Source of the DNA: Gammaproteobacteria bacterium
GTDB lineage: Bacteria; Pseudomonadota; Gammaproteobacteria; UBA4575
Length of the DNA: 64,000 nt
Reading direction: 5' to 3'
Assembly (NCBI GenBank): GCA_965243395.1
Contig: CBDEUS010000001.1
Span: 704,001-768,000 of the forward strand
This document shows, in pieces, positions 1-8,543 of this stretch (within the stretch, counting starts at the first letter, position 1; the number at the start of each line of letters is the position of its first letter). The notes under the pieces were generated by a model that did no database searches, was not told the DNA's origin, and worked only from the letters and a program-made list of their open reading frames with translations. The position numbers and the translations under genes are program-made.

Positions 1-866
1 ATTTCACGGACGGTTCTTTTTCCTAAGATACCATCAACCTCTAAACCATGACGATATTGAAAAGCGCTGATTGCTAAAGCTAATTCTTCATCAAATATGT
101 CATTATATAAATCGTTATCTTTATAATCACCGAACTCAAAAAGTCGTTTTCGCGCTTTGATAACTTCAAATGATACGTCTCCAATAGTAAGAGACCTTTT
201 TTGCAAGATGATTGGTTCAAAATCATCATTTAATGAGCGATATTTCTCTAAAGCATTGAGTAGTCTTGAATAAGGGTTTCTATCAATTGGAAAGCTTTTC
301 AGTGTAGTTTCTAACTCATTTTTTTGGTTATTTTCATTTAAAGTATTCGATAAAAATACTTCGTCATCAAGCAAGGCAAAATTACTTTGCAAACTATAAC
401 TACTACTGAATTGTTCATTTGTAATATGACTGGCAAGCTTAAGATATGCGTGAGTAAAGGTAACATCTGATTTACTAAGAATGACTGGATCTGATTGAGT
501 GACTTCCAGGAAATACTTGAGCACATCAATATCGTAATCGGCAGGATTTAAGCCTAATTTGCGTATATTTTGTATTACGCGATACAAATTATGTGCTCTA
601 TTGTTATATTGTATTCCATCGCTCCAAATTAAATTATATTGTCTTGATTCGTAGAGCTTTGAAACTTCATTAATCAAAGGTAATGAAGAGTTCTTTAGAA
701 CAGATTTAAGATTTAAGGTGTTATCGCTTTCTGCAATATATTCAGACTGATTAAGATTATTTGCGATTACATTTTGACTAAATAAAATAGAAATCAGCAA
801 TACAAAGATGCATGCGAAACTACTTATACAGTAATAATATCCATTAAATGCTTTTTCGATAAGCAT
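1..866 (-). CDS. Murein L,D-transpeptidase (YcbB/LdtD-like), N-terminal part; runs off the window edge
   Basis: Absent from the ORF track; translated by hand from ATG at 866 (SD AAGGAGA upstream). Shows a hydrophobic N-terminus, a scaffold region (LYESRQYNLIW...GLNPADY) and the PG-binding signature AISAFQYRHGLEVDGILGKRT. The catalytic domain lies outside the window. Confidence 0.8.
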   Translation of the reverse strand, partial: MLIEKAFNGYYYCISSFACIFVLLISILFSQNVIANNLNQSEYIAESDNTLNLKSVLKNSSLPLINEVSKLYESRQYNLIWSDGIQYNNRAHNLYRVIQNIRKLGLNPADYDIDVLKYFLEVTQSDPVILSKSDVTFTHAYLKLASHITNEQFSSSYSLQSNFALLDDEVFLSNTLNENNQKNELETTLKSFPIDRNPYSRLLNALEKYRSLNDDFEPIILQKRSLTIGDVSFEVIKARKRLFEFGDYKDNDLYNDIFDEELALAISAFQYRHGLEVDGILGKRTVRE

Positions 867-1173
867 GTCGACTCTCTCCTTATTTTGATTCACTTTCCAT
901 GTGAATCATTTGATTACTGTAGGGTATTAATCCGTAGGCTTCTTTGTGGTAAGTCACGACTATGGCAAAAATACCTTTGAAATGATTGAAGTTGCTTCAA
1001 AACCTATTTAAAACAGCAGGTTTTCAATAAGTTATTAATAGTCTTGATGTAGATACTTAGAGCTAAGTATTTATGGGCGCATGGCAATTAAAAACGGTTT
1101 TGCTGAGCTATTGCTATAACCATTTCTTTTCAGGTGCTATATTGGATAACAACACGGATGAATTGAACCCCCT

Positions 1174-2550
1174 ATGAGCATACAAATTTTTAACACGCTT
1201 TCGCGCAAAAAAGAGGAGTTTGTGCCTGGTGATCCCCAAAGGGTCACGATGTATGTGTGCGGACCAACGGTTTATAGTCATCCTCATATAGGGAACGCGC
1301 GTCCGGCAGTGGTGTTCGATACTTTTTTTAGATTGCTTAAACACGAATTCCCAAATGTTGTATACACACGCAACATTACAGATGTAGACGATAAAATTAA
1401 TGCGGCAGCGCTAAGTGAAGATACATCTATCGATACTATTAGCGAACGTTATACAAATATTTATCATCAAGACATGAGTGCTTTGGGTGTTTTGCCACCA
1501 ACCATTGAGCCGCGTGTCACTGAACATATGCCACAAATCATCGATATGATTCAGCGCTTGATAAAAAGCGGACATGCATATGAAGCCGAAGGGCATGTTC
1601 TCTTTAATGTGCCTTCTTATTCAGAATACGGAAAACTTTCAGGGCGAAATCAAAAAGAGATGATTGCTGGCGCTCGTGTTGAAGTGGCTCCATTCAAAAA
1701 AGACCCCGCAGATTTCGTTTTATGGAAACCATCGACTCAAGATCAGCCTTCATGGGACAGTCCTTGGGGCGGAGGTCGGCCGGGCTGGCATATCGAATGT
1801 TCCACAATGATTGAGAAACATCTGGGCAACACCATCGATATACATGGTGGAGGGCAAGACCTGGTATTTCCTCATCATGAAAATGAAAGAGCACAAACTA
1901 CATGTGTTCATGGTGGAGAATTATTTTGCCGTTATTGGATTCACAATGGTTTTGTAAATGTTAATCACGAAAAAATGTCTAAATCCATTGGTAATATCTT
2001 ATTAGTAAAAGACTTGCTCAGCCAGGCTCCAGGTGAAGCTATACGAGCTACATTATTAAGTACTCATTATAGGAGCCCATTGGATTGGACGGATGATGCA
2101 TTGCATCAGTCATCTAGAAATCTCGATAAACTTTACGGTGCATTGCAAGAGTTACAAGATTTGCAAGTAAGTGTTTCAAATGAAGATGTTCCTGAAGAGT
2201 TTATCAATGCACTAAAAGACGATTTAAATACTCCTGCTGCATTTGCAATACTTCACAAGCTAGCAAAACAAGCAAATAGTGAAAAAGAAGTTGAAAAAAG
2301 AAAGCAAATTAAAAAACAACTATTGGCGGCGGGGAATATGCTTGGTGTTTTACAGCAGCAACCGGAAGACTGGTTTCGTGGGATAGGGGATGTTGACGAA
2401 ACGGAAATAGAAAAACTATTAGTGGAAAGAGCAAAGGCTAAAAAGGAGAAAAACTTCCAACTAGCTGATGATATTCGCGACAAATTAACGGCTATGGATA
2501 TTCAAGTGTTAGATCACCCTGATGGTACTTCAACCTGGCGTAAACAGTAA
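1174..2550 (+). CDS. cysS: Cysteine--tRNA ligase
   Basis: MYVCGPTVY, HIGN, GRPGWHIECS, DIHGGGQDLVFPHHENE and KMSKS motifs. Confidence 0.97.
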   Translation: MSIQIFNTLSRKKEEFVPGDPQRVTMYVCGPTVYSHPHIGNARPAVVFDTFFRLLKHEFPNVVYTRNITDVDDKINAAALSEDTSIDTISERYTNIYHQDMSALGVLPPTIEPRVTEHMPQIIDMIQRLIKSGHAYEAEGHVLFNVPSYSEYGKLSGRNQKEMIAGARVEVAPFKKDPADFVLWKPSTQDQPSWDSPWGGGRPGWHIECSTMIEKHLGNTIDIHGGGQDLVFPHHENERAQTTCVHGGELFCRYWIHNGFVNVNHEKMSKSIGNILLVKDLLSQAPGEAIRATLLSTHYRSPLDWTDDALHQSSRNLDKLYGALQELQDLQVSVSNEDVPEEFINALKDDLNTPAAFAILHKLAKQANSEKEVEKRKQIKKQLLAAGNMLGVLQQQPEDWFRGIGDVDETEIEKLLVERAKAKKEKNFQLADDIRDKLTAMDIQVLDHPDGTSTWRKQ

Positions 2551-2588
2551 TTGTTTCAAATGAACTTAATTATAAAGAGGTCTTTTAA

Positions 2589-2861
2589 GTGAGGGGATTT
2601 GTACCACCCGATCCAGAAGGGGGAGTCTCAGAAATACAATATGCAGTGGTATATTCTCCCAAGCACAGTAAAGAAAATGAAAAGCAATCCAAACGAAATA
2701 ATAAACGCTTTTCAGCCAATTGCATCGAAATAAAAGCAAGTGAAGAAGAAGTTAGAGCAGATGCAGATATACAGAACAATTATTATCCTGCAAAAGTATT
2801 GGGCCCTTCAAAGTCTTCAGAAGGACAGTATATTTATTACTTGGTGGAGTGGCTGGTGTAA
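2589..2861 (+). CDS. Small hypothetical protein (90 aa)
   Basis: GTG start with AAGAGG upstream; globular-looking sequence ending GPSKSSEGQYIYYLVEWLV; no family recognised. Confidence 0.7.
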   Translation: MRGFVPPDPEGGVSEIQYAVVYSPKHSKENEKQSKRNNKRFSANCIEIKASEEEVRADADIQNNYYPAKVLGPSKSSEGQYIYYLVEWLV

Positions 2862-2982
2862 TCTTTAATAAACATATTTATTTTATATCATTAGCATACT
2901 TTATCTGACATATGAAATTTAGTGCAACTACAGGCATGATATTTGGTCATATATGTTGATAGCCAGAATTAGGAGGAGAGCT

Positions 2983-3333
2983 ATGAAATCTATATATAAG
3001 TATACGTTTGTTGTTCCCGCTATTTTCGCTTTAGTTTTAATATCCTTTTCATTTCAAGCAAAAGCTGGTGACGTTAAAATTATTATCGGCGGTCATGGCT
3101 TCGATAGACACCATTACAAACATAATATTGGGTTTAAACGTTACTACAACAAATCACGACATAACTACAGGCATCATTTAGGTTATAAAGATCATTACTA
3201 TCCTAAGCGATACTATAAGAAAAAGTATTACGGAAATTACTATAAGCCTAAGCGTTATTATGGTTATAGCAATGGCTATCGCTATAATAATCGCAACTAC
3301 TATCGAGGCAACCGGAACTATTGTCCTTACTAA
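2983..3333 (+). CDS. Secreted Tyr/Lys/Arg/His-rich low-complexity protein
   Basis: Strong SD AGGAGGAG (2971-2978) favours ATG 2983 over 2953; signal peptide ending A-K-A; followed by a terminator. Confidence 0.75.
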   Translation: MKSIYKYTFVVPAIFALVLISFSFQAKAGDVKIIIGGHGFDRHHYKHNIGFKRYYNKSRHNYRHHLGYKDHYYPKRYYKKKYYGNYYKPKRYYGYSNGYRYNNRNYYRGNRNYCPY

Positions 3334-3361
3334 TTTTAGTTTAGTTCATACTTGAATCTGG

Positions 3362-3398
3362 AAAATAGGCGCTCATCTTTTTGATTGCGCCTATTTTT
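3362..3398 (+). terminator. Intrinsic terminator (possibly bidirectional)
   Basis: Inverted repeat AAAATAGGCGC...GCGCCTATTTTT. Confidence 0.75.
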
Positions 3399-3472
3399 AT
3401 GTGAAGCTATTGCTTCATTATTTTTTGTAAAATTGTGAGGTTTTCATTTTCATAATCGAATAGAATTCACCT

Positions 3473-4477
3473 ATGAGTTCTTCGTCTATTTATATTGAGG
3501 CACCCGCACGATTACACCTAGGGTTTTTAGATCTAGAAGGCGGCCTGGGTAGGCGTTTTGGTAGTGTGGGGCTCACCCTTAATGATATTGCTACAAAAAT
3601 ATTAGTACGGCCTTCTGAACAACTTCGTGTAGTGGGTGATCCATCCGGACGCATACAAAAATATGCAGAAAAATTTATTGCCTATAAAGGATTAGCGTCC
3701 AGCTGCGAAATTGAAGTGGTAGATCAAATTTTAGAGCATTCTGGCTTGGGTTCAGGTACGCAGCTAGCTATTGCTGTGGGTAGCGCCGTTTCCAAGCTCT
3801 ATCAACTGGAATGTTCGACCGCTGAGATCGCCGTTTCACTGCATCGTGGCGCCCGATCAGGTATCGGTATTGCTGCCTTTGATTATGGTGGCTTTTTAGT
3901 GGATGGAGGGAGAAATCCGGATAGTCAGGTTCCACCCATAATTTCACGTGTCGAATTCCCCTCTAACTGGCGTGTGATTCTGGTATTAGATCTTGCTCAA
4001 CGTGGCATTCATGGCCAAGATGAACATGCATCATTTGCCAATTTGCCGTCATTTTCTGCTCAAAATGCAGCTGATCTTTGCCGCATGGTGATGATGCAAA
4101 TTTTACCTGCGATTAAAGAACAGAATATTGATGTATTTAATCAAGGTATATATGAATTACAAAAATGTATCGGCGAATATTTCGCTTCAGCACAGGGAGG
4201 ACGTTATACTAGCGCGTCGGTAGCAGAGGCCAATGCATATCTGGAGTCATTGGGTATCAAAGGAGTAGGGCAAAGCTCTTGGGGGCCAACTGGGTTTGCA
4301 TTTGTAGATAGCGAAACACATGCTCATACTCTGTTACGAAAATTACAAGCTAAGTTTGAAAATAATAAAGATCTTACTTTTAAGATTGTTTCAGGAAGAA
4401 ATACTGGGGCGCTGATTGAAGAAAGGGAGTCAGAGCAGCATCAATCTGTTTCTTTGCCTAGATCAAATAGATCTTAA
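3473..4477 (+). CDS. mptG: beta-ribofuranosylaminobenzene 5'-phosphate (RFAP) synthase, GHMP family
   Basis: APARLHLGFLDL, HSGLGSGTQLA, RSGIGIAAF..GGFLVDGG and GQSSWGPTGF motifs; first gene of the H4MPT cluster. Confidence 0.92.
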   Translation: MSSSSIYIEAPARLHLGFLDLEGGLGRRFGSVGLTLNDIATKILVRPSEQLRVVGDPSGRIQKYAEKFIAYKGLASSCEIEVVDQILEHSGLGSGTQLAIAVGSAVSKLYQLECSTAEIAVSLHRGARSGIGIAAFDYGGFLVDGGRNPDSQVPPIISRVEFPSNWRVILVLDLAQRGIHGQDEHASFANLPSFSAQNAADLCRMVMMQILPAIKEQNIDVFNQGIYELQKCIGEYFASAQGGRYTSASVAEANAYLESLGIKGVGQSSWGPTGFAFVDSETHAHTLLRKLQAKFENNKDLTFKIVSGRNTGALIEERESEQHQSVSLPRSNRS

Positions 4478-4575
4478 CTGAATTCAAACAATAAAAGATT
4501 TTGCACAAGCATAGCTATGCTGCGCAAAAAATTTAATTAATTTTGTTATTCAAAAAAATAAGAAGAGAGTAAAAA

Positions 4576-5472
4576 ATGGGAAAGCCTTATATCCTTCATA
4601 TGATTACCCCTGCTAAAAATCTTAGCCCGTTTGATGTCAATATGGCATTGGATGCGGGCTGGGATAATGCTATCGGTTATACCAATGTTGAAAAAGATGA
4701 AGTGCAAGCATTAGTACAAGACGCAATTTTTTCACGTGGTCCTTCTGGCGCAAAACGTTCCGGCTTATTTTTAGGTGGTCGTGATATGCATATGGCGATG
4801 GATATGATGGAAATCGTACAAGAATCGATGGTACCGCCATTTCAGGTTTCTTGCTTTGCTGACCCAAGTGGTGCATTTACTACAGCTGCTGGAATGGTGG
4901 CAAGTGTTGAGCATGCACTTAATGAAAAACACGACACAGATTTAAAAGATAAAACCGTAATTGTAATGGGTGGCACAGGTCCTGTTGGTTCCACAGCTGC
5001 GGTGTTGGCGGCTAAAGCTGGGGCTGAAGTCAGTATTCTTGGGCGTAAAAAAGATAAATCACAACGTGTTGCGGCAATGTGCACAGAATATGGTGCTGAC
5101 CTTACAGGTATCAAAGGTGAAGCCAACGACATGATTGATGGTATTGTTCAGATGGCAGATGTTGTATTGGCTTGTGCAGCAGCGGGAGTACAAGTTATCA
5201 ATGAAGATCATATTAAATCTGCAGATAACTTAAAAGTTGCGGCGGATGTGAATGCTGTTCCTCCTTCCGGAATTTATGGTTTAGATTTAATGGGAGCATG
5301 TGAACCGATTAAAGGCTCTAAAAATGCTTTTGGTATTGGTGCGTTAGCAATAGGTAATGTTAAATACCAAACCCAACATAGAATGCTGCAAGAAATGCAC
5401 GATAGAGATGAACCTATCTATCTTCACTTTGAGCGCGCATTTGAAATTGCGCGTGAAGTCGTAAAAGAATAA
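4576..5472 (+). CDS. mtdB: NAD(P)-dependent methylene-H4MPT dehydrogenase
   Basis: ILHM..P..NLSPFDVNMALDAG, QDAIFSR, DPSGAFTTAA, GGTGPVG, DVNAVPPSG and IGALAIGNVKYQ motifs. Confidence 0.92.
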   Translation: MGKPYILHMITPAKNLSPFDVNMALDAGWDNAIGYTNVEKDEVQALVQDAIFSRGPSGAKRSGLFLGGRDMHMAMDMMEIVQESMVPPFQVSCFADPSGAFTTAAGMVASVEHALNEKHDTDLKDKTVIVMGGTGPVGSTAAVLAAKAGAEVSILGRKKDKSQRVAAMCTEYGADLTGIKGEANDMIDGIVQMADVVLACAAAGVQVINEDHIKSADNLKVAADVNAVPPSGIYGLDLMGACEPIKGSKNAFGIGALAIGNVKYQTQHRMLQEMHDRDEPIYLHFERAFEIAREVVKE

Positions 5473-5502
5473 TTCTCTTTAAGATTTTTGTAGGCTGTTT
5501 AT

Positions 5503-6597
5503 ATTTATTTAGTTATTGCTTCCTCGGGTCGCGCAATCGCACAAGGACTTAAGGCGCTTGATCTATCTTGTGCCTTGATTGGCGGATTCGCTGATATTGA
5601 TACACAAGCTGCTACTACTGCCTACAAGCAAGTAAAACGTGCTGAATTTGGGCTTGATACGCAAGAAGTATTAGAGGCAGCTAACGCCCTTATCCAAAAA
5701 TATACATTTGATGGCTTGTTATATGGGACTGCAATTGAATCCTGTCCAAGCTTGTTAGAAAAAATAATTAGCTTTCCTGTGGTTGGAAATTCGAGCGAAA
5801 CTCTTCAGAGTTGTAACAACCCACAAACATTTTTCCCAACTTTAGATCGATATTCTATTCCTTATCCTGAAATTAGTTTTGAATTTGATAATTCTGTACC
5901 GCTCGATTGGTTGATTAAACATCAATCTTCGAATGGTGGAATAGGGGTTCGATTATTAGAAAATACAAGTGAATTATTACCTGATCACTATTTGCAGAAA
6001 AAAATAACAGGAATAAATTTTTCAATTACTTTTCTTGCCAATGAAAAAGATATTTTCGTTCTAGGATTTAATACTTTGTGGAATGAAAATTTAGGGGAGG
6101 ATATTCCATATGCTTATGCAGGTTCCATTAATCAGGTTGATTTAAGTGAAAATGTTTTAGAACTTGCTAAGCAATACGCACAAACTATTACTCAAGAGTT
6201 TGGATTAGTTGGCTTGAATAGCATCGATTTCATTTGTGATGATAATTCAGTCTATGTGTTAGAAGTAAATCCACGTATTCCTGCCACCTATGAGTTATAT
6301 GAAACAAAATACGGCAATCTGTTGAGTGAGCATATAGATGCTTGTAAGCATAAAAATTTACCTACAGGCAAAAAACCTTATTTATTACGTGCTCATGCTA
6401 TCGTATATGCGCATTCAGAAATTACCATTCCCAGGAAAATGTCTTGGCCATTATGGACTGCCGATCGCCCACAAGCAGGGGAGGTGATTTCACAATATGA
6501 GCCAATATGCAGTGTATTTTCAGGAGGAAAAAATAGCGCTCAAGTGCGTGACATGATAAAAACACGCAAGCAATTTATTATCAATAAACTTATCTAA
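5503..6597 (+). CDS. ATP-grasp protein OrfY (methylofuran polyglutamylation, MyfB-like); start uncertain
   Basis: ATP-grasp motifs (WLIK...GGIGV, GLVGLNSIDF, VLEVNPR, ADRP..GE.I....PICSV); lies between mtdB and mch. The frame is open back to 5494; the ORF-track start is TTG 5575. Confidence 0.8.
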   Translation: MYLVIASSGRAIAQGLKALDLSCALIGGFADIDTQAATTAYKQVKRAEFGLDTQEVLEAANALIQKYTFDGLLYGTAIESCPSLLEKIISFPVVGNSSETLQSCNNPQTFFPTLDRYSIPYPEISFEFDNSVPLDWLIKHQSSNGGIGVRLLENTSELLPDHYLQKKITGINFSITFLANEKDIFVLGFNTLWNENLGEDIPYAYAGSINQVDLSENVLELAKQYAQTITQEFGLVGLNSIDFICDDNSVYVLEVNPRIPATYELYETKYGNLLSEHIDACKHKNLPTGKKPYLLRAHAIVYAHSEITIPRKMSWPLWTADRPQAGEVISQYEPICSVFSGGKNSAQVRDMIKTRKQFIINKLI

Positions 6598-6624
6598 ATA
6601 ATAATATTAAAAAAGGAACACTCG

Positions 6625-7569
6625 ATGATCAGTGTGAATGAGTTAGCTAAGCCTTTGGTTCAAGAACTTGTGACAAAAAGTGAAGCATTGCGAGTGAAAG
6701 TTGGAAAATTTTCCAATGGCGCAAATTATATTGATGCTGGGATTGATTGTGTTGGCGGATTAGAAGCAGGCAGGATCATAGGCGAGATTTGTATGGGCGG
6801 TTTAGGTAAAGTGAATTTATACCATGCTTCGGCTGTAGGAGAATGGCCATTATCATTGCATGTACATAGTTCGCATCCCGTAATCGCTTGTTTAGCAAGT
6901 CAATACGCTGGCTGGAGTCTGTCGCATGAAAAATTTCATGCACTAGGTTCTGGCCCCGGGCGTGCGATCGCATTAAAAGAACCTTTGTTTGAAGAGTTAG
7001 GCTATAAAGATAATTGTGATAGTGCGGTGTTCGTTCTAGAAGTTGATAAGCTTCCACCTATTGAATTAGTCGATAAAGTTGCTGAAACCTGCAAGCTAGA
7101 TGCAAGTGCAATAACATTTATATTAACACCCACCAGCTCAATAGCAGGTTGTATGCAAGTGGTGGCACGTGTTTTAGAAGTAGCTATGCACAAAACACAT
7201 GAACTACATTTTCCGCTAGAAAATGTTTTAGATGGTTCTGCGAGTGCGCCGTTATCTCCACCGATTCCAGATTTTGTTAAAGCGATGGGCCGAACCAACG
7301 ATGCCATCTTGTTCGCTGGAAGAGTGCAATTATTTGTAAGTGGAGATGATGCCGCTGCTGAGAAACTTGCGAAAGAATTGCCTTCAAGTTCTTCGCGCGA
7401 TTATGGAAAACCATTTGCACAGATTTTTAAAGATTATGAATATGATTTTTTCAAGGTAGACCCAATGTTGTTTAGTCCTGCATCGGTCATGGTGACGGCG
7501 GTGGAAAGTGGTAATACTTTCCGTGGTGGGGAGCTTGATCCTGCGCTTCTAAACAAATCATTTTCATAA
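6625..7569 (+). CDS. mch: Methenyl-H4MPT cyclohydrolase
   Basis: [46 protein letters not shown] and [12 protein letters not shown] motifs. Confidence 0.96.
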   Translation: MISVNELAKPLVQELVTKSEALRVKVGKFSNGANYIDAGIDCVGGLEAGRIIGEICMGGLGKVNLYHASAVGEWPLSLHVHSSHPVIACLASQYAGWSLSHEKFHALGSGPGRAIALKEPLFEELGYKDNCDSAVFVLEVDKLPPIELVDKVAETCKLDASAITFILTPTSSIAGCMQVVARVLEVAMHKTHELHFPLENVLDGSASAPLSPPIPDFVKAMGRTNDAILFAGRVQLFVSGDDAAAEKLAKELPSSSSRDYGKPFAQIFKDYEYDFFKVDPMLFSPASVMVTAVESGNTFRGGELDPALLNKSFS

Positions 7570-7591
7570 CAGAAACATCTTAAGAAGACTT

Positions 7592-8506
7592 ATGAAACAT
7601 ATTGCCGTTATCACAGATGATCCCGGCTGGCATGGCAAGGAGTTACATGATGCGTTCAATCGAAAAGGTTTTCGGTGTACTAATGTTTCATTAACGGAAT
7701 GTCATTTTGATATAGGAGCACAAAATAATAAAAGTTTATTTTTGCCAGGTTTTGAAAATGATCTTCCAGATGGTGTTTTTGTTAGAGGTGTGCCAGGTGG
7801 AACTCTAGAAGAAGTTGTTTTTTATTTAGATATTTTGCATGCCCTGCAAGAATTAAACATTCTTGTTTATAACAACGCGCGTGCAGTAGAACGCAGTGTC
7901 GATAAAGGTATGACAAGTTTTCTATTGCATCAGGCTGGTATTTCTACACCTCCTACATGGGTGGGGAATGATGTGCATAAAGCTTATGCATTTGTTCGAA
8001 GAGAGTTAGGTATGGGTAATCAAGTTGTAGCCAAACCTCTGTTTGGATCACAAGGCAAAAATCTACAACTCATTTCTAAGTTTGAAGACATGGTTAATTT
8101 CAATGTCTACAATAAGATTTACTATTTGCAACGATTCATTCACACAGGGCAAGAAAAGGCATTTGACTGGCGCCTGTTTATTATTGGTGATCAAGTCGTA
8201 GCATCGATGAAAAGAGAAGCTGCTAACTGGATTAGCAATGTTGCAAACGGCGGTAAATGCTATTCAGCACTGATAAATGACAAATTTGCTGAATTAGCTA
8301 AAGAAGCTGTGAAGGTAGTTGATATGCACTATGCTGGGGTAGATCTTATGCAAGACGCCGAGGGTAGGCTATGGGTTACTGAAGTGAATAGCATACCCGC
8401 GTGGAAAGGACTGCAAAGTGTAAATAATTTAGTGGTTGCGGATAAGCTCGTTGAGCACTTTATAAAGTGTTTAGGTGCTTATTCGAAAATAACTGTCGCA
8501 AGTTAG
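7592..8506 (+). CDS. RimK-family ATP-grasp glutamate ligase Orf5 (MyfA-like)
   Basis: DPGWHG, FVRGVPGGTLEEV, ERSVDKGMTSFLL, KPLFGSQG and EVNSIPAWKGLQ motifs; follows mch. Confidence 0.9.
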   Translation: MKHIAVITDDPGWHGKELHDAFNRKGFRCTNVSLTECHFDIGAQNNKSLFLPGFENDLPDGVFVRGVPGGTLEEVVFYLDILHALQELNILVYNNARAVERSVDKGMTSFLLHQAGISTPPTWVGNDVHKAYAFVRRELGMGNQVVAKPLFGSQGKNLQLISKFEDMVNFNVYNKIYYLQRFIHTGQEKAFDWRLFIIGDQVVASMKREAANWISNVANGGKCYSALINDKFAELAKEAVKVVDMHYAGVDLMQDAEGRLWVTEVNSIPAWKGLQSVNNLVVADKLVEHFIKCLGAYSKITVAS

Positions 8507-8543
8507 CTACGTTGGCATTAATTTTAACTACTGATCAAATGCT

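Noticed and set aside
338-529. 63-aa ORF from the track
   Set aside because: It is an alternative frame inside the longer L,D-transpeptidase CDS (1-866), which the track missed because it runs off the edge.
2932-2948. Possible sigma-54 promoter (AGGCATGATATTTGGT) before the Tyr-rich gene
   Set aside because: The -12 element is GG rather than GC and there is no convincing IHF site; too weak to call.
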